The notes below the pieces were generated by a model. The model was given only the letters and a program-made list of their open reading frames with translations, was not told the DNA's origin and did no database searches. From the human T2T-CHM13v2.0 reference genome, Homo sapiens: a stretch of DNA of 64,000 nt. A program made the translations under genes and the position numbers. The first letter of the stretch is position 1, and every line of letters begins with the position of its first letter. Location: the NCBI RefSeq assembly GCF_009914755.1, contig NC_060929.1; one strand, written 5' to 3'. Below, one piece after another: positions 41,845 to 55,431 of the stretch.

Positions 41845-44400
41845 CGTCAGAGTATTGCAACACTTTATTAAGAGTATTGGCTTTGAATCAGTAGCTGAAG
41901 TAACAATTGCATGAAGCCAGATTAGGTGCACTGCATAATACCCATACTCGATTTATTGACATTACTTAGCAATTTACTGGACAAAAGTCAAACTTTTTTG
42001 TTTTTTATTAAGCACATTCCACAGTACAAAGCTGTCATGAATAATATCTGTACAATTTAACAGTTTCAATAGCTGTTCAGACACAAATTTATTTCAAACA
42101 GATAATTGGCAAACATAATTAATTACAAGTTAGAATTAGACTATCCCAGTGCTTTAAAACATTAATATAGCAGTAATTTACATTTGCTCAGTTATGGTTA
42201 GCAAAATAAAGTCCAGAGTATGGCTGGGAATTACTATTATAATCCCAGAAAGTCAGAACTCCTTGGGTGCCAAAGTCCCCTGCTATAATTTAGTAGGCAC
42301 AATTCAAAGGTTGTCTGCATATTCAAAGGCCATCATCTCCCAAGGAACGAGGGGAACTTCTATATTAAACATGCAAAAACAACAAAAAATCCATTCATTC
42401 ATTCAGAATTGCCTCCTCCCCTGCCCCCTCCCTTCCCCCTGGGCTTTCCTAACCAGTTTGATATTGAAGCTGTAGGATGAAAAGTGGTCAAAGCTAAATC
42501 ACTTTCACAACCACCATCAAGCTTACAACATCCACCTTATGAATGGAGGTTTATTGTTTACACTTTGAGACTCAACCTCTCAAAAACATAAATTAATTTA
42601 GTAACATGGGAAGGAAGGATTTTATTTTTAAAAGAAAAACTAAAAAAGCAAAGCCAACTCAATAAACAAATCACATACACACACACTGATCCCCACACCG
42701 TTCTCAATGCAAAGGACAAATCAGAGCCCAGGGGCCTTCCCTTTAGTAGTAGAGTGTGCTTCCACGGGAAGAGGTTTACTTTATAGGAGGCTGTTTATTG
42801 GTCCTTTAAAATGTTATTGACATTCCTTGATCTTTGGAAACAATGGCGAAGGGCAAATCAAACCTAATATTGAATAAGGGAGAAGGAGTGCCAATTGGAT
42901 GCCAACGTCCTTTCCATGCACTGTCAGGGCAACAGTGCCATTTACACATTTGGGCTGTGTCGTAGGGAGGACTTGGGAGCTTTGAGAACCTGCTGGGGCC
43001 ACAGCAGCAGCTGACACCAGAGATGACTGGGGTGGCATTCATGGGCTTGAGGCTTCACTCCACTTCAGAGCACCCACCCCTCAGCATGGGCCTCTGAACC
43101 AGCCTGACCTGCCCTGCAGGCTCCAACACACCAGCAGGCCCTGCCAGAACCTTGGCAAGGCCAGGATGCATGAATTCCAGAGCCAAGACAGCCCGTCAAC
43201 AGGGCCTTCTTATTTCCCCTTCCCAGGGCCACGACTGCACAGAATAATGATTTTTGACAGCGAAGCCAAATGAATACTATGGGAGGTGACCACTTGTACT
43301 CAGGAGTACTTATGAGAAAAAGAATAAGAACAAAAAATGTTTAAGGTACCTCTCTATTGTATAATATATACTCCACAACAAATAAAACATTTTGGTGTTA
43401 AACCTTAGAAATTACATTTTAAAACAAGATTCTCATTAAAAACACACACAAACCACACACACGCAATGACAACAACAAAATAAAAACACTGTATGAATAC
43501 TGCAGGAAGGGTTCTAGGTAATCCACATCAACCCAGGTATCAGGTTCTTGAGCCCAGCCCATGGCTAAGTGCGAACACACTCTGTATTAGTGTCTCAAGC
43601 ACAGGGGGCCCTGACTCCAGCAACTTTGAGGTTAAACTGTTATGTACATTATATCTACATGCGAATACAGTATTTTAAATTAGGAGGCAAGCACACGTAT
43701 AAAGGTGTTACTCTACCAAATATCAGGAGATGGTTGGGGGACAGAGAACAGTTAATAAAAGAAAGAGCTATATTACCTGTTGGTAGATAATATAACTGAC
43801 TTATAGTTCTTTAAATTAAAAGAAATTGGTACAGAAAGGAAGTATAATCCCAAAAATATTACTAAAACAATCCAGAGAAAATTTTCCACTGTCCAACATG
43901 TTCCTAATACAACAAGTCAGAATTCATAATGACTTGGACGGTCAAAAGGAGAATGCTAACTTTTGAAAATGAAAGCCCTGGACATTCTGGGTAGGTGTTT
44001 GGCACCCAAAATTTCACTGAAGAAGAATGCTGTTTCTTAATATCAAACCAAAGTGCAAAGCAATATAAATTAGAGGCCAAGTCTTCTCTTGACGGTCGAT
44101 TTACTTCTGTAAAACAGATTCTATGTTCCTTTTCTATGAACAATTTACATTTGAAACATTAGATTTTTTCACTGATGAGGGAAGGAAACGGGCTTCTGTT
44201 CTACTTGAAGCCGGGGAAGCTAAGGTCTCCTTCTCAAAGGAGAGCCGGAATCAGAGGTGAGAAATGTCGGTACTTGAAGAGTTAGGCTGCTTTGCATCTA
44301 CCCAGCGTCTAGAACCAATTCCAGCTTCATAACTCAGCTGTGAACGAACTCCCTTAGGCATTTGGTAGCCACGTAGCCAGTAGTTCAAGACTAGAAAACC
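41845..44400 (-). other. FBXW11: FBXW11 terminal non-coding exon (3'UTR, ~2.55 kb)
   Basis: Strong acceptor ttgcttctgtttttctttcctcag|GGTTTTC at 44401/44400; no recognisable interspersed repeats in the AT-rich sequence down to a cluster of AATAAA signals. The 3' end is estimated as ~20 nt past the last AATAAA. Confidence 0.8.
41864..41869 (-). terminator. Distal polyadenylation signal AATAAA of FBXW11
   Basis: tttatt on + at 41864-41869; UGUA elements upstream in the transcript (~42020-42055); U/GU-rich sequence downstream (ttctgttaagaaattttt). Confidence 0.65.
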
Positions 44401-45549
44401 CTGAGGAAAGAAAAACAGAAGCAAAGGGAGTGTGGGTGAACATTCCGTTTAGATGAGAATACACACACTCCACTCCACCCCCTGCACACAGCTACATGCA
44501 AAACTTATTAGCATTAACAGCAGAAGCTGTAAGTTGTTCTGAGTGTACTACATACCAGGTATCACATTTATTTCAACCTCACAACAATCCTGTGAGGAAG
44601 AAACTATTATGACACCTGCTTCACAAATAAGAGAACTAAGGCTCAGAAAGGCTAAGTGTTTGGTTCAAAGAGTCAACAAGTGACAGAGAGGGGATTCAAG
44701 GAGAGGGCTGACCCTATAACCTATCACTCTCTCAGTACTGCTCTGAAAAAGTACACATATAACAAAAGATGCTTCACATTCGATTTTATATTTAGCATAA
44801 TCTTTTATGACATTCAGAACCTACAAGAGGCCAGTCTCACATCCTCACGAGAGCCCTCATCGATCACAAGGAAACAAAAATATGCAAAAATTAGCCTTTC
44901 TAAAATAGAATGCTAGTAATCAGAAATTACTTCCTTTTTAATAAGTAAATCATTGGTAAAACAACAACAGTATGGGGGAAAGGCCACTGAATGTTCCATA
45001 ATTTTTTGACTATGGCTTTGAGTCTGAAACACATTTTAATCACAATTTCTACATTCATCATGTATGTAAATATGTACACACACACACAAAAAAACAATAT
45101 TCATGAGAATACTGATATTCACAATATTTATCATTTTTACATACAATGCAGGCTGACATTTTCTATTCTAAATCAAAATAAAGTCAAAACCCACTCAGAT
45201 ACTGTCACAATAAGTGATGCACTAAACCACTGGCCAGAAAGTCTAAAGTCACCTTAGGTGGCAAAAAAAAAAAAAAAAGCAAGAGAGACTTTTTAAAGCT
45301 TGAATGCTTTTTTTAAAAGGTGATTTTCCCAGAAAGTTGTCAATTTACACAAAGATCAAGAATCTTAAGTCTTCTCAATGAATTTAAGATTCAATTTCAT
45401 TTGCTACTGTTTTCCCATTAAGGATATTTAAGGGAACCTGAATTATTTCAAAAACATTAATGCCCCAGGACCAGAAGTGGACACTCTCAAATGCTGCTGA
45501 GGGGAGCATAAACTGACTGAACTCTTCTGGAGGGCAAAATGACCTACAT

Positions 45550-45597
45550 ACGCACATGTACCCTAGAACTTAAAGTATAATTAAAAAAAAAAAAAAA
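45550..45597 (+). mobile_element. Extremely 5'-truncated L1PA 3' tail inside an L1ME fragment
   Basis: gcacatgtaccctagaacttaaagtataatt plus a poly(A) run is the terminal L1PA sequence. Confidence 0.8.
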
Positions 45598-46280
45598 GTC
45601 TTCAAACGTGATACCTTTTAACCCAGACCCTCCAGACATTTCCAGAATCCCTCCAAAGATGATAAAGGGTTGGACAAATATTAGGTTAAAAGAATGATCA
45701 TAGCATTGTTTTTTATAATCACTAAAAACTGGGGGTTGGGGAGGATAAATATGTAACAACAGAGCATATCCAAACAATCTAATATAATTTGGCAATTAGG
45801 AATAATTTGGACAAATACATTACTAACATGCAAGCATTTCACAATAAAGAAGAAAAACACATTTGAAAATGTACAGTTATAAAGCGTCATTTTAAAAAGC
45901 CTGAAAGGATCTATAAAAAGGAGTTAGTGGTAAACCACGAGCAGGAGTTTACTTTCTTCTTTTGGCTTATCTACTTTTTCAAATTTCCTAATAACGATCT
46001 TATATTGTCTTGTAGTAAGAAAAAACAATAAATTTTGAGCTACTGAATATATAATACAACATACAGCTCTTAGATGTTACTAATTTTTTTAAAAACGACT
46101 CCGCAGATAGATCTACTGCTGCATTTGCTGACATGGAGAGACTCTCACCTGATATTTTACGGGTGAGTATTTTACTGCAAGGTTAAATCATCATTAGGGT
46201 AGTGTTTCTTATTATGCATAAATCTTATGGTATCACATGGCTATAATTTTTTTCATGTTACAATAAATGAAAAGCATTTG

Positions 46281-46604
<324 letters not shown>

Positions 46605-47476
46605 CTATAAAGTTGACTGCCAAGGTTGTTAAAAGTAATAAAATTGAAGAGACAAACACATTTGTGGTCTCACTGCTTGTGCTGGGATACAGGGAACCTC
46701 CAGCTTAAGCAGATAAGATTTTTCCATTGACTTATAATTGATCACAACTAGGCAGTTGTTCTGAGGTTTCCAAAAAAGGTAGGTAGGAGGGAGGGCCTGG
46801 AGGAAGTAACACAAGTTTCCTTTCTACCACAGCCAATAAGAAACAGCATTGGTGATCACTGCTTCATCTCTCAACCAAAGGAATCTTGTTCAGGGCACTT
46901 TTAGGTAATATATAGATGTTGTCAGTTCATCTATTGTAATACACCAGAAAAAGAAAACCATAATATGGATGTCTTGAATTTTGCCATATGCCTCTTTAAG
47001 CAGTTTTTACTTGGGTCCATTCCTCCTTCCCTATATTTTCTTAGGCTTATTGGGAGGGGAGGTCAGGGGGAGGAGCAATCACTCAAGAGATCCTTGTCTC
47101 CTTCCTCTGTAATTCCTATTTTAAAGCTCCATTCAATAATTACAGTAATTCTGCCACGTGGATTTTTCAACTGACTTATGAAGCATCTATCCAGAAAGAA
47201 AGCAGCAGGGCAGAAGATTATGATCAGGAACAGTCTGAACACACTCGAGACCCATAATAGCAAATAGGTAAGTGGCTTACAGGTCACTCCTGCAAGGCAG
47301 ACATAACCAACCACAACCAGTCCTTTGGGGTCCACGTGGGGTCCCAGAATCCTTCCAAAGGCAACACTCCCACCAGTCACTACTGACCAAACTGAGTTGG
47401 CATGAAGAAAACACTTATTTGCCATTCCTGATGTAGACCCTTGGTTTACCGCTAATAGATGGAGCAGGGGCAAGAC

Positions 47477-47853
47477 CAGAAGTCAGCCAACTTTTTCTGA
47501 AAGGGCCATATGGTAAATATTTCAGATGTTGTAGGCCATAAGGTCTCTGTTGCAACTACTAAGCTCTGCCACTGAAGCACAAAAACAGCCACAGACAATA
47601 CATAAAGGAATGAGCATGGCTGTGTAGCACAAATGTTTATTTATGAACACTGCAATTTAAATTTCATTTAATTACTGCATGTCATGAAAAAAATTCTTTT
47701 AATTTTTTTAAGCATTTAAAAATGTAAAAACTATTCTTAGCCTGTGGAGACAGGAAAAAAAAAAACTTAATGGATAAGCAGAGACTAATTAAAAAAAAAA
47801 AAAACGGGTAGTGAGTTAATTTTGGCCCCTGGTTATATAGTTTCTTGACCTCT
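47477..47853. mobile_element. MER58B-like hAT-Charlie element
   Basis: gtcagccaactttttctgaaagggcca...ggtctctgttgcaactact...tttggcccctgg...tagtttcttgacctct. Confidence 0.8.
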
Positions 47854-48933
47854 AGGTAAGACAAACTTCCTGGTGGAGTTCTATTTATTGGATCTTGGAA
47901 TCTTGATGAAAGAGTATCTGAAAAGATGGTAACTTAGTGAATAGGTACCAAGAGTTCTCAATCTCTCCATCAAAAAAATTCCTAATTCTGCACATGGACT
48001 TTCTTATACTTTTGAAATTCAATGAACAGGAAAATATGTAATGATAAAAGACCACTAAGAATTAAGTAACGATTTTAAATAAATACAAATTTTATTAATC
48101 ACAACAGTCTTTATATACATATATCCATAGTAGTATGTTTATATGTAAACATTTATTCAATCTACAAAGTTTAATGTGTATAGAATTCACTGGCCCTCAG
48201 CAGAACACAGAGTTGTCAATACTGTTCCTAAGTCATCAGTTCCTAGGACACAGCCAAGTAAGACTTCTCATCTTCCAGACTGAACACGCTTAGTAATAAT
48301 CAAAACATTCTGTCATCAATGGTTATAATGACTTTCAGTGTTCCTGTAACCAGAGGAAAGGACTTTGCTTCTCAGTGTATCTGTTGTGTTTCATGGAAGC
48401 AGAATAGGTTTTAGGGGTCTCTCAACAGATACTCTTCTCTGATTCATCCTTGAGGAAAGGATGGTGGTGGGTGGATTGTGGTAGTGGGGAAGAGAGGGAT
48501 TTTGAATGTTTTGTCAGATGGTGATTTTTTTTTTTTTTTTAATAAAAGAACTGAAGGACAGGAAAGAAAGAGAAAAAGAAGATTCTTGTACCCCAAAATA
48601 AAATTCAAGACATTTTACTGGTGTTAAATTGATTATGACCTAAGAAATCATTTAGGAACAGTTTTTAAAAACAGGAACCATGTTCATCATCTGCCAAGAT
48701 GAAAACCCACACAATAGGCAGGATTCCAACTCAAGCCTTGTATGGATGTGACTATAAAGATCCAGCCTTACACTTGAACTCTGCAAAAGTTGACACGTCT
48801 AAGAGAGACCTTGGTTCACACATCACCAAGGAACCCAAATCACAAAATTTCCCCAAAGGGAAGGTGAATTCAATCAGCAAAATTGGAAGGGGAGAGGATA
48901 GTACTCACCTGAAACGGGTGAAAGTGCAGACTG

Positions 48934-49095
48934 TTATCTAGAGATGTAAGTGTATGTTCTGGAGGGAGAACGGGTCTCATTCTGGGCACTGGGAGGCACA
49001 TTTAAGAAATCCCAAATCAAAATAGTGTCATCATGGGAGCTGCTGATGATCTGAAACTCATCAAACTGGAGCCGAAACACACGTCCAGAATGTTC
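48934..49095 (-). CDS. FBXW11: FBXW11 last coding segment with TAA stop (exon continues to donor at 48909)
   Basis: catag|GAACATTCTGGA...; [53 protein letters not shown]; stop at 48934-48936; 25 nt of UTR, then CAG|gtgagt donor. Confidence 0.97.
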
Positions 49096-50027
49096 CTATG
49101 AAATACAAAACTTCATGAATAAAATGAGATCTTTACAGCCCCTGATATCTCACAATGAGAAACTGGGCAGAAGATGAAAATGCAGCCACTTAAACAGACT
49201 TCCTAAACGACTGTACAGAGCTCACTGAACTGTGTCCTTCATCCCAAGAACAAATGTTCTTCTTTCTTTTCCTGCTAGGCCTTTTCTTTCATTAAACTTT
49301 GTATCTTAGACTCTAGTCTACCAATATTTCAAAGATCATCTCAAAAAGGGCCTTATAAAAGTAAACAACAATACATAATACCCATTCTTGATACACTCTA
49401 AAAATCCACTGGAAAACCTAGAACCAGAAAGACAGTTTGTTTTAACATGACCAGGATCTACCTCAAATTGCTGCCAGCATCAAAATTCATGGTGAAATAA
49501 TAATATAAGAGTTCCCATTAAAATCAAGAAGACAGTTCTGCATCTTCTAGTAAATGCAAGAAGTGAAGAAACAGAAATAAAACTACTAAAATCTTTTTTA
49601 AATCTACCAATATTTCCAAATGACTATCTCTTCAAAAATATAACAGTACTTATAAATGGTATAAAAATTTATATATAGTATAAAAATGTGCTGTTATTAA
49701 AACATAACCACAAATAGCCATATTAAGAAATCTTCCAAACCTACAAGAAGGAAATATTGCTTGCCCTATGAGGAAACCAGTCCACCTACAAATCAGGAAG
49801 CCTGCCTTCATATCTTAAGCTGCATTATGTCTCCCCTTAGGAAAGTGCTCACAGTAATGTAAACATCAAATATTCTCTGGTTTTGGCTAAACAAAATGAA
49901 GACTGAAATTCTCTGAAGGCATCTTGTGAGACACACAAGCGTTCCTGTGATACACCTAGACAGGACTATCTGCAAATGGTCATCCTCCAGCACAGGGAAC
50001 CAATTCCCGTCTCAAGAGATCACATAC

Positions 50028-50106
50028 CACCAATGTGCGCAAACACAATGTGCTTGCTGGGGCTCGAGGGTCAAGAGCAGCTTGCAAGTCCCAAACTTTA
50101 ATTTTC
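50028..50106 (-). CDS. FBXW11: FBXW11 coding exon (79 nt, phase 2 to 0)
   Basis: ttctag|GAAAATTAAAGTTTGG...TTGGTG|gtatgt; (G)[26 protein letters not shown]. Confidence 0.96.
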
Positions 50107-50687
50107 CTAGAAAGGAAAATGAGATGTGATTAGTGGAAAAGTGAACAATTTATATGCTGTCAAACATTTCCTTGAAAAAAAGTAGTGCATCTGAACTGCC
50201 TATTTATAAAAGCTAATGGGGAACATGCTTATGTTTTTACAAATCATCTGAACCAATTACACTTGATTTTGGAAAAATTAAGAACCTACACATTCTCAGA
50301 ATTGCTGAAATTTTAAAGAAATATTATTTTAAGGGAGATAAGAAAACAACTTCAGGTTATCTAAATTCAGTTCCGGACTTGATAACCTATGTCACCAAAT
50401 TCATTCATCAGGGGACTCTCTAGGGCTGAGTAGGTGCTGCTGACAGAAGCTAGGGCTCTGTGTGAAATTCCAAGGATACCTTTCTCCAAATTAAGCAAAT
50501 GCTGGAAGTTAGTAATAGGAGTACAAACAGACCAACTAACCCATTTGGGAAGTATATATAAGGTCATCTGGAAAGATTTACAGTTGCCATTTGCTCATTT
50601 AAAATGTAGTGAGGTGTTTTAAAGAGGGTTTGTTCAATTTACCAAAAAGGGAAAAAAAGGGAAAAGAAGAAACTTATTGTTGAACGA

Positions 50688-50710
50688 ACACACACACACA
50701 CACACACACA
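50688..50710 (+). repeat. (CA)n microsatellite
   Basis: Directly visible. Confidence 0.9.
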
Positions 50711-51044
50711 AAGAGCCTGGCTTAATTTAGGGATAAAGCAAAGAAGTCAATACCCCCACATCAACTATTGAAACCTAAGCTATTGCTGGAGTTGACAGCG
50801 ATGATTCAAAGCTAAGTTTAGGAACCACAGTGACTCTCCCTCTGTGTGATTTGGGGTAAGATTTAGTTCTTCTTTCTGGGCCTGAGTGTCCTCACCTAAA
50901 CAACAGGTATAATAATACCTGCCATCCACCATTACACAGAAACCTACCATAGGACCTGGTACATACAGAGTTGCTTAATATATAACATTTCTCTTTCTTC
51001 TTGATACAGTTATAGCAGTACATCTGAAAATCTGAAAGACATAC

Positions 51045-51155
51045 CCATCATAGGCCCCACTGACAATCCTCTTGTTATCAAACCGGATGCATCGGACCAA
51101 TTCTTCATGTCCCTCTAGGACTCTTAAACAGGCACCACATTCAATATCCCAGAGC
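51045..51155 (-). CDS. FBXW11: FBXW11 coding exon (111 nt, phase 2 to 2)
   Basis: ttcaag|GCTCTGGGAT...TATGATGG|gtatgt; (R)[36 protein letters not shown](G), seen in ORF 50975..51205. Confidence 0.97.
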
Positions 51156-52374
51156 CTTGAATGAAAAACAGACCTCTGTGAAACAAATTCCCACACATGA
51201 TTCACACTATCCGTAAGTTTTTTATATCTGTTCCATACAGATACAATTTTTCACTATCTTGGAGCTCTTTATTTCTATCTCACTTCCAGTACACACCACA
51301 CATATAAAGCTGTATGTGTACATTTATACCATCTGTGTGTTTCCAAGCACTAACCTAGGAAGAAGCCTTACTTTTTATTCTATTTCCTTTTATATGATTT
51401 GAAACTGTTTTTAATCATGCGTCTGTATTACTATTTAAATAAAATCAACAAACAAGAAACTTCAATTCTATTTAATCCTTAGGCATTCTCTTGATGTCTG
51501 AGTTGATAAAAACCATGTAGACAAATGGTGTAGGAAAGACTCTTCTGGGGAGACAGGGATTGTAGGCAGTAAAGGAGAAAGAGCACAGATGAGACAAGGT
51601 GGGAAAGGAGATATCACGTACAGCCAGGGGGTTAAGCTTCCGCCCCAGGCACTTCTAGCACAGTGGAGTCCATAAGGACCACTGAGGTTAGAACTGGCGG
51701 ACCAGCAGGGGAGGTGGCTGTCTCTTGATGAGGCTTGGGGATACCCCTTCCTTGATACTATATGCTGAATACTGGGATTGACGGTTTACAAAGTCAGAGT
51801 GGGAGACTTACTAGGTACACGCAGTGTTCTGGTGGAAATATAAACCCATTGACAACACCAAGTCTTTTTCTCTGCATATGATTTATGTAACAATTCTGGA
51901 GTTAGAGATCTTTTTTCCTATTATGACTGATTTTCTACAGTATTTGTAGAAAAAAATCATAGCTAGTTAGCATGTACAAAATAAAGTGAGCAAATTAATT
52001 CTATAACTTTTTCTTAGCCTCTCTACCAGTAATTCCTATGATACATCCAAAGAATGGATTTTATTACAGCTGCCCTTAGCAAATCTTCTTAGTACCCGTG
52101 ATGATAGCATCTCTAATCTGTGATCAAAGCCATTCAGTACTGCCACTATGACTCCAAAGTAGTTCCCTTCTATAAGCTGGAGAGTAATACACATTACTAT
52201 CTTGTAAAACCTTGACAATTCCAATGAGGAAGTTAAGAACTGTTTATTGATGAAACATTAAGCAATACCACAAAGCATGATGAATATAAGAGAATCAAGA
52301 TTTAAGCTCTAAACTAAATTTATGGTATCTTGAAGCCTAAAGTGATAAAGCAAACTTAAATAGCTTTTTTGTTA

Positions 52375-52630
52375 TTTGCTTGCCTTAAAAAAAAGTTTTA
52401 ATAATCTTAAACCCAATCTTTATTTTGACCAAACATTAGGCAATTATAAACGCCAAAGTTTAGTCACTTATGTAAAGCTACTAGCATGTGTTTGCTTGCC
52501 TGCCTTTAAAAAACAAAAAACTTTTTTTAATAATCTTGAATCCTATCTTTATTTTGACCAAACATTAGTCAATTTGATTATAAACCAAAGTTAAGTTTAG
52601 TCACTTATGTAATGCCACTAGAGTGTGTTG
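52375..52630 (+). repeat. Diverged ~120-135 bp tandem duplication (2 copies), intronic
   Basis: tttgcttgcc...taataatctt...atctttattttgaccaaacattag...aagtttagtcacttatgtaa...actag occurs twice. Confidence 0.88.
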
Positions 52631-53168
52631 AGACAGTGGGGAAATGGCATGGGATAATGAAGTAGATATTGAAGGGATGTTCTTAGTAAGATACAAAATG
52701 TCTAAGGTTAGTCAGATTTATTAGAAAGCAGGGAGGCCGAGTGCTGGGAAGGAAAAAGAGAGGTAAATGACCTGGCAGGAACAGATGCAGTCTTGGGAGA
52801 GGAAAATAAAGTACACTCCCATGTGTTAGGTAGGGAGGTGGGAGCTCACAGGTGAGGGAAATTGGAGCGAGCTGGGCTGCACTGCAGCACCCTAGCCTGT
52901 TCTGAAGTGCTCTGGTATTAAGTGATCCCAGGTGGAGCTGAGGTTAAAAAACTTTGTGTACTGGGGGAATCTTGGAAGAACACCCAGGGCACACACGGTT
53001 TTCCCACTTGAGTATACAGAGCCCAAATACATTTCTAAAAGTTACCTAAAGCTTTCTTATCTGAAACATCCCATTTACCCTGAGTTGTTTTGAGCATTAG
53101 AACTAGGAGATGAGTCAACAATGTGGCAAAAATCAGCCTGCTCTGTCAGCACACCAACTTCTACCCAC

Positions 53169-53287
53169 CTAATGGTATTATCTGATGATCCACTAACAAC
53201 CAGGCGATCCCTGTACTGGAGACAGGCAATGCCCCGCTTGTGCCCATTGAGAGTACGAACAAATTCACAGGTGCTCGTGCTCCAGAC
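53169..53287 (-). CDS. FBXW11: FBXW11 coding exon (119 nt, phase 0 to 2)
   Basis: tatacag|GTCTGGAGC...ACCATTAG|gtgggt; [39 protein letters not shown](R). Confidence 0.97.
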
Positions 53288-53661
53288 CTGTATAACAAAT
53301 TAACAGTATTTTAAAGAATGAACACAGGAAAGTCCTCTCACAATATACCTTTCTTAAAAAGACAGAGCTTCTGATAATGACCCAAATATGTGATTATAAA
53401 ATACGGTGTCCTCTAACTCAAAGTTGGGAGGCTGGGGGGCAGACTAGACAGCATAAAATTTTCTTGGCTGCTGAGTAATAACACTGGAATGAAACACGGA
53501 GGGAAGTGAAGTCTCCAGTCTTTGAGATCTTTACAAAGAGAACATCTCCTGAATGGTTCAAACGCTCATTTACCTGGAGGAAAGAGTTTGGGCCAGATTT
53601 TATGTTTTTACACCAGCTGACATTTCAAACCCCATGGAGCTAATGTAATAAAAAAGCTTCC

Positions 53662-54085
<424 letters not shown>

Positions 54086-55016
54086 TCATAGACAGCTAAA
54101 CATATTATTAGACAAATAAGGAGACACACAGCAACCAGAGTGCCCTGAATTATCTTACCAGCTGCATTTGTAGCTGAATGGGATAGATAAATAGATCTCC
54201 ACAAGTAAAAGAATGGCACTGGACCCCTACCTCATACCTTAAACAAAAATTTAACTCAAAATGGATCAAGGACCTACACATAAGCACTGAAACTATACAA
54301 GTCTTGATAAATTGAACATCATCAAAATTAAAATCATTTGTGCATCAAAGGACACCATCAAAAAAGTGAAAAGACAACTCACAGAAAGGGAGAAAATATT
54401 TGCAAATCATGTATCTGATAAGGGACTTGTGCCCAGAATATATAAAGAACTTATAACTCAATAATAAAAAGGCAAATTACCAATTTTTAAAGTGGGCAAA
54501 AGATTTAAATAGACATTTCTCCAGAGAAGGTACACAAATGGCCAATAAGCATACAACAAGTTGTTTAGCATCATCAGTAACAAGGGAATGCAAAGCAAAA
54601 CCACAGAGTACCACTGCACAATCACTAGGGCAGATATAATAAAAGAGACAAATAATAGGAAGTGTTGGCAAGGATATGGAGAAATCCTCCATGCTGATAT
54701 TATGAAACAGCTATTTTGTAATAAAGCTCAAACCCTCTCAACTTCCAGGCACTGGTCTCATACCAATTGGTGTGACTGTGGGAGTAAGTTGCCGCATATA
54801 AATCCTAGTTGTTTAGCTTCCCAGCTATCCAATGCAAAGCCTGATGCTACACACTTCGTGATTTGTGGGGCTAGGTATAAGAGTGCTATCCAGTGCTGGT
54901 TATGAAAAGGAGGTTCTTCTGAGCAAGCTGAAACCCTCATATACCACTGGCAGGATTGTAAAATGGTACAGCGCCTTTGGAAAACAGTTTGGCAGTTCCT
55001 CAAAATGCTAAACACA

Positions 55017-55257
55017 AGCCTGGGTGACAAAGTGAGACCTGGTCTCTACAAAAAAAAAAAAAAAAAAAAAAAAAGGGCCGGGCCTGGTAGTGCCTGTACT
55101 CCCAGCTACTCCGGGAGGCTTAGGTGGGAGCCTCAGGAGTCCCTGAGCTGGGGGACTGCTTGAGCCCAGGAGGTCAAGGCTGAAGCGAACCATGACTGTG
55201 TTACTGCACTCCAGCCTGGGTGACAGAGTGAGACCCTGTCTTCAAAAGGAAAAAAAA
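55017..55257 (+). mobile_element. 5'-truncated AluJ with TSD gctaaacaca
   Basis: Starts mid left arm; gctaaacaca on both sides. Confidence 0.85.
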
Positions 55258-55431
55258 GCTAAACACAGAGTTACCATCCTAAGAAAATTAAAAACATGAA
55301 AACTTCTACACTAATATTTATAACAGCATCATTTGTAATAGTCAAAAAAATAGAAACAACTAAAATGTCCATCAACTAATAAACAGATGAACAATGAAAT
55401 TTTATTCAGCCACTGGAAGCAACAAAGTACT

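Noticed and set aside
48921-48927. miR-17-family site GCACTTT right after the stop codon
   Set aside because: Within ~15 nt of the stop (ribosome shadow), so unlikely to be effective.
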